From: a virus
Virus record (IMG/VR): IMGVR_UViG_3300042991_000159
Span: 1 to 64,000 of that record
Length of the DNA: 64,000 nt
Strand: one strand, 5' to 3'
Shown here piece by piece: positions 56,414 to 64,000 of the stretch. The translations under genes were made by a program, and so were the position numbers. The notes below the pieces were generated by a model. The model saw nothing but the letters and a program-made list of their open reading frames with translations, was not told the DNA's origin and did no database searches. Each line of letters begins with the position of its first letter. Position 1 is the first letter of the stretch.

Positions 56414-57055
56414 TTAGTTGCAATAGGCTGTTCCAGAAAATGTTGCATTTCCAAATACAGCTTGTGCATTATTGTTATCTATATGTATAATCTGTGGGAT
56501 CATTTCATTCCCACTCATATCTTCAATGTGAATAGCCGGTCTCTTTCCAAGGTTATGTGCTATGTTCCAAACTTGTGCTGCCATCCCCTGATTATGAATA
56601 TAGTGTAAATCAAAACCAGTACCGGTTGGTGCAACGTGTTGATAAGAGTTAGTAGCTTGAACGTAAACAATAATATTTCCGTCTGTTCTACCAGCTATAT
56701 CAACGTCTTCTAAATCTTCAAGTCTCTTAACTCCTACTTCTATATTACCATCTCTTAAAAAGTCAGGTATTCGTATTGATTCAAGCAATACTACACCGTC
56801 CGGTGGAACAAAGTTAGGAATTGTTATTACATCCCCTCTGGGAGTAATAGTATCCATACCAATAAGTTCGACAGTCGGAAGCGTTTTAGGAAGCTGAATA
56901 GTTGCTCCTACAGGAACTACCGACTCTGAAACGAGAGGTTGTGGCGGTGGAACTACGTCCGGAAGCGTAATGGGCGTAAGATCATTACCGACAGGAACAC
57001 TCTGCGGTTGAACAAGTTCAACAACTGAACTATTATTTGTTACGTCATATCCCAT
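56414..57055 (-). CDS. Structural (fibre-associated) protein
   Basis: LEDLEDVDI repeat and H.Q......W.I.HNLGK.P domain. Confidence 0.65.
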   Translation of the reverse strand: MGYDVTNNSSVVELVQPQSVPVGNDLTPITLPDVVPPPQPLVSESVVPVGATIQLPKTLPTVELIGMDTITPRGDVITIPNFVPPDGVVLLESIRIPDFLRDGNIEVGVKRLEDLEDVDIAGRTDGNIIVYVQATNSYQHVAPTGTGFDLHYIHNQGMAAQVWNIAHNLGKRPAIHIEDMSGNEMIPQIIHIDNNNAQAVFGNATFSGTAYCN

Positions 57056-58392
57056 TATATTGCAAGTATTAACGCTTGTGCATCACCGACATCTCGTTTA
57101 GTATCTTGTAATATCTTACCTGCACTATTAGCAGTAGTATGAGTTGTTAAATCTTCATCCCATACAGCATCAGCAACTTCTCCTGCTGTTGGTGCTCCAC
57201 CTATTGCAGCATCTCCCAATGCTTCCCCGGTACTTCCAACATCTTGATGTAATATTAATGGTTCATCCCAAACAGCAGTACTGATTGTTTCCTTACTGAT
57301 TAAATTATTAGTAATTGTAACACCACCGTTCCAAATACCGGTTTCTATATAGTTATTAGATTCATCTACTAATCTTCCAATACCACTAACTGTAATATTA
57401 CCAGAAGTTACAGTTGCAGAATCAAGTATAACTGTACCTGAAATAAGTCCAATTCCCGCTTTAGATGCTCCGGTCAGGTTCTCTATCCAGATAGCTCCTG
57501 CATAATTAGGCATTACAAGGTCTTGACCGCTACCTCCCATATTAATTACAGGGATAAAAGAAATATCTAACCTCGAACAATTTACAATATAAGCATCTTC
57601 CCCACCTCCTAGAGTAATAGTTCCATATAAAGATGAATTATGAATATGCCCATTAAAAAAAGTAATATCTCCAACAACACAATCATCAATAGAGTTTCCA
57701 CCATCAAGCGTTCCAAATATAGAAGCATTCATAAAAGTCACTCCTATCACATCAGCATCCTCAGCAATTTCCAATTCGGTAAGAACGTGACTCTGCCCAA
57801 CTATCGTAAACTCAGATAAATCAGAACCTCCATCGAGTTCCATGCTTTCATTAATATACAATTTTTTGAATCCACGATATTCAGCAATAAGTAAAGCATC
57901 TACTAAGTTATTTACAGGAAGTTGTTCAGTACCTCTAGGAAATATTGTTCCTGTTACTCCCCTAATCGTATCAACAAGTACCCCTCCGTTAAACGAAGCA
58001 AACTCAATAGCGGGAGAAGAAATCAAACCAGCAGAGTTTTGAGAACGAACAGATACTTGGTTTACGTTTACTCTGTCTGATACGTTACTATTAGCACCAA
58101 TAAGATTTACAGCATATTGCCCGTCTTCAAATGTAATAGTATATGGTGCAAGTATCTCTATTACTCTAGCAAACGTTAAACCCCCAAGAGAAACTTCAGT
58201 ATTATGAGTATGTGTTTTAAGAAAAGTTATACCTCCTTCAAGTCCATTCCCTTCATCTTCCCACGATTTTAATTCTAATCTAAACCAATTAAGGTCCATA
58301 TTATAAATCTCAGTAGGAAGTAATTGAACTAGAGTCAAATCCGCTTTTGGGACATTGATTACAAACGTTAAAGGATTTACTGAAATTGCCAT
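57055..58392 (-). CDS. Putative structural protein (beta-helix-like)
   Basis: GTEQLPVNNL motif and AVWDE repeats. Confidence 0.6.
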   Translation of the reverse strand: MAISVNPLTFVINVPKADLTLVQLLPTEIYNMDLNWFRLELKSWEDEGNGLEGGITFLKTHTHNTEVSLGGLTFARVIEILAPYTITFEDGQYAVNLIGANSNVSDRVNVNQVSVRSQNSAGLISSPAIEFASFNGGVLVDTIRGVTGTIFPRGTEQLPVNNLVDALLIAEYRGFKKLYINESMELDGGSDLSEFTIVGQSHVLTELEIAEDADVIGVTFMNASIFGTLDGGNSIDDCVVGDITFFNGHIHNSSLYGTITLGGGEDAYIVNCSRLDISFIPVINMGGSGQDLVMPNYAGAIWIENLTGASKAGIGLISGTVILDSATVTSGNITVSGIGRLVDESNNYIETGIWNGGVTITNNLISKETISTAVWDEPLILHQDVGSTGEALGDAAIGGAPTAGEVADAVWDEDLTTHTTANSAGKILQDTKRDVGDAQALILAI

Positions 58393-58634
58393 TATGTGCC
58401 TTCATTATACAATTTTTGTTGTAAGCTTGCTATTTGTTTCTTCATTCGGTCAATGTCTATATCTCGTTGAAGAATACCCTGTTCCAAATTTACCACTTTT
58501 TCTTCCAAAGTTCTAAACAATTTACGTGTTTCTTTTGTATAATTTAAAATAGAAAGAACATTTCGTGTAGTAACTTCTTCAAATGCCTTTTTAAGTTCTC
58601 TCTCTCCTGATTGAAATATTTCTTTTTCACACAT
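58392..58634 (-). CDS. Small coiled-coil protein
   Basis: Heptad pattern; translationally coupled. Confidence 0.6.
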   Translation of the reverse strand: MCEKEIFQSGERELKKAFEEVTTRNVLSILNYTKETRKLFRTLEEKVVNLEQGILQRDIDIDRMKKQIASLQQKLYNEGT

Positions 58635-60411
58635 CTGGTATCATTAAAATATTTGAAGTTAATCCTACTGTATTACTAACAGTATCAGAAATTGGTTGTT
58701 GTTTATATAAAGTTCCAGTAGTTGCTCTTCTTACTCGACCTAAAACCGGTTGACTTCCTGACGGATAGGTTCTACTGTCAGATACTTGTCCGTTACTATC
58801 TGTAATTGTATTGATAATAGCAAATGTAGAAGTTATAGTTCCTGTTGCAGGAGTTGTAGTTGACGCCACCATCGTATAGGTATAAGTATCTACACCAGTT
58901 ACTGTTATTTGATATGCTCCATTATATGCTTCTTCTACTGCACCTAAAATAATAACATTATCGTTAGTAGAAAGTCCGTGACCAGTATGAGTTACTGTCG
59001 CAGTTGTTCCAGAACTTGTTATTGAAACAGAATCTTGATATGGAAAATTAGTTCCGTTAGCAACCCAAAGAAGAATCCTAGCTCCTACAATAACGCTATT
59101 AGTTTCAATATCTTTAACTGTAAGTAATACTGTTACAGGGTCTTGTACAAGTACAACTGTTGCTCCTGCTGATTTATAAGTCATATTTCCGCTACATCCT
59201 ACAAGATTGATAGTTACAGTTCCAGATGTTCTAGACACAAGAAACGTAGAATCTGTTTGTCCGTTAGAAGCATTATAACCAGAGAAATCTATTCCTCTTA
59301 ATGTCATCGTAGTAGGAGAAGATGTTCCAAATTCGATAGCATGAGTTGCGGCTGTCCCTTTAGTAAAACTCATGTTATCCATCTCTCCATCAGGATCAAC
59401 TGCTGCATTATAAAAAAGAGCAGCAGTATCTGCTGTTCCTTCATATCCTGCAATGGTACAACCCCTCATGTCTGAACCACCGTGAATTATTTGTTGACAA
59501 TTATTGAAAGTATTCCCTGTAATAGTTTGTCCAGATGTAAAAGAAGATAGTCCTGCTCGTATGAAAACGGTATCTGTAATAGAAACTGAACCGGGACTAT
59601 TCGTAACCATATCAATATCTGGTCTATTAGCATTTCCTGTTCCGGATGCTTTTATTGTTGAATTATTGATTACAAGATTACAACCAGAACCATTACCATT
59701 AATAGCATAAAGACCATCTGCAACAGACTTATCGGTAAAAACAAGTACGTCTCCATCCATTTCAAAATAAGTAGTTGTTGTTCCATTACCTACTTGAAAT
59801 TTCCCAGAAGAGAAATAAACACCTTCGATTTCTTCAATGATACCGTAGCCGAACAAGGTTGTTGTTCCTTTATCAGCAACAGAAACATCCATTAGTGTAA
59901 CCTTGTCTCCACTTGTTCCACCGGTTATATAATATCCATCTGTATAACGGATAAAATCAACCCATGTATTAATGGCGTTCTTAGCGTTAGTTGTATGATT
60001 TGATCTTATTCCCCATCTTCTCGCATTAGCAAGAGTTATACCAGTAAATAAAGAACAATCAATTACTACATTAAACCAACCACCCGGATATGTATCAGAA
60101 CCAAATATTGTATAATAATCACTATTTGTACCATCATACATATATGCCTCATATCCCCCATTGACTTCAGTTTTCATATAAGGAGTGTTAATTGTATTAA
60201 CCCACATCCTTATATGTTTTCCTACTGCTGAACGTGTAGTAGTATCATCATAATATGCAAGTGTTAAGTCAGTACGAACTATACCAGACATAGAGTTAGT
60301 TCCTTCTTTCTTTATGTCAGGATCAGCTGTAGTTACACCAACCCAACTTGTATTAGCATCTGCATCATCTATTTCAACATGATTCAATAAACCTATTGTG
60401 GGTGCTGCCAT
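58627..60411 (-). CDS. Putative structural protein
   Basis: Thr/Gly-rich beta protein. Confidence 0.65.
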   Translation of the reverse strand: MAAPTIGLLNHVEIDDADANTSWVGVTTADPDIKKEGTNSMSGIVRTDLTLAYYDDTTTRSAVGKHIRMWVNTINTPYMKTEVNGGYEAYMYDGTNSDYYTIFGSDTYPGGWFNVVIDCSLFTGITLANARRWGIRSNHTTNAKNAINTWVDFIRYTDGYYITGGTSGDKVTLMDVSVADKGTTTLFGYGIIEEIEGVYFSSGKFQVGNGTTTTYFEMDGDVLVFTDKSVADGLYAINGNGSGCNLVINNSTIKASGTGNANRPDIDMVTNSPGSVSITDTVFIRAGLSSFTSGQTITGNTFNNCQQIIHGGSDMRGCTIAGYEGTADTAALFYNAAVDPDGEMDNMSFTKGTAATHAIEFGTSSPTTMTLRGIDFSGYNASNGQTDSTFLVSRTSGTVTINLVGCSGNMTYKSAGATVVLVQDPVTVLLTVKDIETNSVIVGARILLWVANGTNFPYQDSVSITSSGTTATVTHTGHGLSTNDNVIILGAVEEAYNGAYQITVTGVDTYTYTMVASTTTPATGTITSTFAIINTITDSNGQVSDSRTYPSGSQPVLGRVRRATTGTLYKQQPISDTVSNTVGLTSNILMIPDV

Positions 60412-60719
60412 AATTCGTCAACTATTTTTTGTAACTGTCTTCCTTTTTGTTGTGTTAAACAATAAAACAACTTACACATATTTGGTCTTTTATCATAAAC
60501 ACCACATCTGGTAAAACCGTTATTTAATTTTATTAAATATATGCAAACATCATCTTCATTTACAGGTATTGTAAAACCATATTCTGTTTTTTCCGTTTTA
60601 ATACCATCAGGAATAATTTCATCTTCTGCATAGGAAACACCACCAAAATCTTTCTCCATCCTATATCCACAACAATGACCACACATTATACAATCTACTT
60701 TCCCGACAAGTTCTCTCAT
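60393..60719 (-). CDS. YkgJ-family CxxCxxCC Zn/Fe-S cluster protein
   Basis: CIMCGHCC...C.YL......C.VY..RP..C..F.C. Confidence 0.8.
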   Translation of the reverse strand: MRELVGKVDCIMCGHCCGYRMEKDFGGVSYAEDEIIPDGIKTEKTEYGFTIPVNEDDVCIYLIKLNNGFTRCGVYDKRPNMCKLFYCLTQQKGRQLQKIVDELWQHPQ

Positions 60720-62494
60720 TATTCATCTGTTGTACGAATTACTGCGATACTCTGGTTAGCCGATCCAAATGTCCATCCAGAGATAAACTGCTTAATAGGA
60801 GTAGCTTTACCATCACGAACAAGAACTACCAAGTTTCTATCAGAAACATAAGTTCCTTGATACGAATGAGAGGTTGCAGTAGCTTCGAGATCAAGATAAG
60901 TTATATAAACATTGTTACCTATACTTGCATTTACTGATAGGAAATCTTCATTTCCATCTGTTGTGTCAATAGTAAACACACTACCTGTCCAAGAGGAATA
61001 ATGTAATTTTCTTTCAAATCCGTTATTATCAGTAACTCTGATATATCCGGTACTTGGGGTATCTGTTGGAATACTAGCCCCTTCAATTCTACCTGCCTGA
61101 ATAGTAACAGATGTTACATTATCTGTAGTTAAAGCAACACCAACTTCAAATTGATTTTTGTCGATTGCTGGATCACCATTAGTATCTGTACCAAATGCAG
61201 GAGCTACAAGTATGTAGTCTTCACCTATAACAACACCGGTTACAGAGTTTGTAACAAGGTTTGGTGGACTCCATTGAGCATTAGAAAGGTCAAATACCTT
61301 ATCACCTGAGTTAATATCACTAGGTTGAATACCCACACCATAAGCACCAATAATTTGTGTACCAGTTGATACTCCAATAAAAGGTTTAGATATAAGAGCA
61401 GAACGATCTGTTATAGTACCTGCTGTTGCAGATGCTGCATCAGGAGTTGTTTGAGATAAAGAAGCAGTCGAAACAGGAGCTACTCCTGTAAGTAATTGAA
61501 TCCAAAGTTTATTTGAACCATTATCAGCAAGAATCTGTCCTGTACCAACCGAAGCACCTGACCATGATATTCCATATCCTTCGTCAAATGTTCCTGTAAG
61601 AGATGTATAAGCAACCTCATGAGTTATACCTCTAAACAACTCTCCATTAAGTCCATAAAACGTTGAAGCAGAACCATCCCTCGTTAACCATTTCATTCTC
61701 TCATAGAAGTTATTAATAGTATTAGTAGGATAGTTAGTATTCCATTCAGAATAGAAATACTCAACTGTTGCATCATCGTTAATATCAAGACCCACGTAAC
61801 CCTCAGTTACGAGTGTAATACCTGTCCAACCTGCTACAGTTCCTATAGCAGTCTGGTTATTAAGGTCAGTACCATCAGCAAGTGCAAGTACATTATTACC
61901 ACGAGCAGAACCGTTAATTTTAAATTCCTGATATGTGTACCCGAATCTACGTGCAGTACCAATAACCCTACGACCATCAATATCTCCACCATCAGCCACG
62001 AAGTCATGTACCTTCAGCATAAACCTGTGTGATATACCGGCATCATCATCATAGTTTAGACCACCGTCACCATAAACCTTATCTCTGGTATTCCACCAAT
62101 CATCAGTAAGAACTGCTCCATCCTGAATAAGTTGTATCTGAACATCAGAGTTCCCAAAGTTTACAACACCGTCCCATATAATCTGATCGACACCAACAGT
62201 TCCTTGTATAATAGAACCATCATATAAGTGTTCAGGTGCAGCAGCGTTAAGTGTATAACCATTAATAAGCGTGATAATGTTATCGGTTGATCTTCTTGAT
62301 GGGTCAACATTGGTGATATCAAGTTCATCACCGCTTGCAGGTATAGCTACAGCATCATCTGCGAGTTGCTGTAACCATCTGTGAAATTGAATTACTGTTG
62401 CATATGACGGAGCAGTACCTGTATGGTCATCTCCTATATAGGCGATTACTTTCGTATCTCTGTCAATCGTCCAGTCTGTTGCTACTATTGCCAT
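60719..62494 (-). CDS. Putative structural protein
   Basis: Acidic, Thr/Gly-rich protein in the tail block. Confidence 0.65.
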   Translation of the reverse strand: MAIVATDWTIDRDTKVIAYIGDDHTGTAPSYATVIQFHRWLQQLADDAVAIPASGDELDITNVDPSRRSTDNIITLINGYTLNAAAPEHLYDGSIIQGTVGVDQIIWDGVVNFGNSDVQIQLIQDGAVLTDDWWNTRDKVYGDGGLNYDDDAGISHRFMLKVHDFVADGGDIDGRRVIGTARRFGYTYQEFKINGSARGNNVLALADGTDLNNQTAIGTVAGWTGITLVTEGYVGLDINDDATVEYFYSEWNTNYPTNTINNFYERMKWLTRDGSASTFYGLNGELFRGITHEVAYTSLTGTFDEGYGISWSGASVGTGQILADNGSNKLWIQLLTGVAPVSTASLSQTTPDAASATAGTITDRSALISKPFIGVSTGTQIIGAYGVGIQPSDINSGDKVFDLSNAQWSPPNLVTNSVTGVVIGEDYILVAPAFGTDTNGDPAIDKNQFEVGVALTTDNVTSVTIQAGRIEGASIPTDTPSTGYIRVTDNNGFERKLHYSSWTGSVFTIDTTDGNEDFLSVNASIGNNVYITYLDLEATATSHSYQGTYVSDRNLVVLVRDGKATPIKQFISGWTFGSANQSIAVIRTTDE

Positions 62495-62517
62495 GATTGT
62501 TTATGTTTGTTTGGTTT

Positions 62518-62886
62518 TTATAATACGGTTACATCAATGGATGTGATAACACCGTCTGTTCTTATGATTTCTTTTAAATATATTCCGTCATTTATTTCTA
62601 TTATCAGTCCATCCACATCCCTTATTATATCAATTACTTTAGTTTCCTTGATTACCTGACTAATAAGACCGTCAGTTCTAATAATAGTTGTATCTTCAGG
62701 AACTAAACCCCCTTCAATTGTATAATAATTATTGTTATTAATAATAGGAGTCTTCTGTTCAAAACGATCCACACCTTCCATAAGAACTATTGGATCAATA
62801 GGAAGGTTCTCAGGTATTGGAACTAAACGAGTAAAACCACTCTCAACGGGTGATTGACCTGCACTACCAAGTAATATTGCTCCCAT
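62518..62886 (-). CDS. Hypothetical protein with IIR.DG.I repeats
   Basis: Three IIRTDG/IIRDVDG repeats. Confidence 0.6.
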   Translation of the reverse strand: MGAILLGSAGQSPVESGFTRLVPIPENLPIDPIVLMEGVDRFEQKTPIINNNNYYTIEGGLVPEDTTIIRTDGLISQVIKETKVIDIIRDVDGLIIEINDGIYLKEIIRTDGVITSIDVTVL

Positions 62887-63628
62887 TTAAAATAATATTG
62901 TTGAGTACAACAAGCATATTTAACAATTCCTCTGTCTTAGCTACGTATGCTGAGTTTTCTATCGAAGATAAATATGCTCCGCAAAGGTCTGCCTCCTGAA
63001 TACCCTTCGTAGGACACCCATCTGTACACATATAAAGGACATTGATGCTTCTCAGTTTCTCGTAGGTCGCCACTTTAACCACACCATATACAAGAATTGT
63101 AACAGTGAGGGTATCGGTTTTAGTATTTACAACACCGTCTCCCATATAAGAAAACTTATATACGAGTTCATAAAGACCGTCTTCAAGCACACTACCTATA
63201 GCATCTCCTAACATAGCTGCTGTAATTGTGTACACTAAATCGTCCTGACTTGCAAAAGGTCCAAATTCAGACAAAAGATCAACTTGATCTTTCGCAACTG
63301 CAATCGAATCAACCCCTGTTATTGTAGTGTCAAGAGTTGCAGCAGTAATTTCAGCAAATGTAGGAGTAACAGGAAGTAAAGAATCACCTGTTCCAAGAGT
63401 AGATGTTCCACTTCCTACAAACCTAGTACCTACTACATTATCGGGAGCACCATAAAGAGTGAAATTCAGAACAGCTTGTGATACAATTTCGTAAAAATCT
63501 CCTGCAACCATACTATCACCGTCTATTAAAGCAGTGTCACTATCGTTCCAATCGACTGTAGTATCTGTCAAAACGATAGCTTTATTATCGTTTTGTTCTT
63601 GATATGATAGACTTAAAGTTAAATCCAT
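62864..63628 (-). CDS. Putative tail hub/structural protein
   Basis: LEDGLYELVY motif and C-terminal Cys cluster. Confidence 0.55.
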   Translation of the reverse strand: MDLTLSLSYQEQNDNKAIVLTDTTVDWNDSDTALIDGDSMVAGDFYEIVSQAVLNFTLYGAPDNVVGTRFVGSGTSTLGTGDSLLPVTPTFAEITAATLDTTITGVDSIAVAKDQVDLLSEFGPFASQDDLVYTITAAMLGDAIGSVLEDGLYELVYKFSYMGDGVVNTKTDTLTVTILVYGVVKVATYEKLRSINVLYMCTDGCPTKGIQEADLCGAYLSSIENSAYVAKTEELLNMLVVLNNIILNGSNITW

Positions 63629-63632
63629 TGTA

Positions 63633-64000
63633 TTATCTTTTAAAAAGTGTAGATAAGTTTATTCCTATTTTCACACCATATACGTTTTGTTCTCCATACT
63701 TACGATATTGAAATCCATAAATATGATTTTCTTTAACAAAATCATAATCTACTCCAAAGTTAAACATTTTATCATTACCACCCACAACTAATGACAAATA
63801 ATGTCCGTTGTAATATTTGGGAACCTCAACTTCAATTGTAGTTAGTATTGGATATGGTATCTTCTTTTCAATTATCGTTTCAATTTCATGAATTATTGGA
63901 GTATATTCCCAATATATAGGAGTTGTTAATTTTCCTGTAGATGTAAAAGCAATTTCAACATCAATCTCATTTTCAACCTTTAGACTATCTTCATAGTAAG
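63633..64000 (-). CDS. 5'-truncated hypothetical protein with beta-rich C-terminus
   Basis: Open frame ending ...YGVKIGINLSTLFKR* read by hand. Confidence 0.55.
   Translation of the reverse strand, partial: YYEDSLKVENEIDVEIAFTSTGKLTTPIYWEYTPIIHEIETIIEKKIPYPILTTIEVEVPKYYNGHYLSLVVGGNDKMFNFGVDYDFVKENHIYGFQYRKYGEQNVYGVKIGINLSTLFKR

Noticed and set aside
58860-59030. E1 FCCH-like segment (TATVTHTGHGLSTND) as part of the ubiquitin-like system
   Set aside because: This small beta domain is common in phage structural proteins and lies 50 kb from the operon.
22969-62659. Many short plus-strand ORFs and nested minus-strand ORFs inside the large structural genes
   Set aside because: They are antisense or out-of-frame shadows with biased composition and no motifs.
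1-64000. CRISPR array, integrase, transposase, intron or intein
   Set aside because: No repeat-spacer array or diagnostic motifs were seen by eye.

Overview
This is a 64-kb segment of a crAss-like phage (Crassvirales, inferred from gene content). The host is probably Bacteroidota, judged by TAnnTTTG promoters. The genome uses the standard genetic code. Plus strand 1-12.6 kb: a replication/recombination block (AAA ATPase, SSB, primase, RusA-like resolvase, PD-(D/E)XK nuclease, UDG). It contains an apparently complete phage-encoded ubiquitin-like conjugation operon: Ubl precursor ending KVKSG at residue 76, E2-like, JAB/MPN and E1/ThiF. Plus strand 12.6-22.4 kb: 24 tRNA genes covering every codon box once, mixed with accessory genes (KilA-N, nucleoside deoxyribosyltransferase-like, caspase-like protease, radical SAM, small membrane proteins) and unidentified structured RNAs. 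Minus strand 22.5-64 kb: virion cargo proteins including a roughly 4050-aa virion RNA polymerase, then muzzle, ring and IHF-like proteins and tail fibre genes. The main discovery is that the tRNA array is split into three blocks. Each block is headed by a promoter, an unannotated 20-26 aa leader ORF, alternative protector and antiterminator helices, and an intrinsic terminator ending 2-3 nt before the first tRNA. In each leader a run of 8, 15 or 14 consecutive codons is read only by the tRNAs of its own downstream block, and every tRNA of the block is represented. This looks like a codon-matched ribosome-stalling attenuation circuit that turns on phage tRNAs when the matching host tRNAs are depleted. 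All calls were made by eye from motifs; no database searches or folding programs were run.
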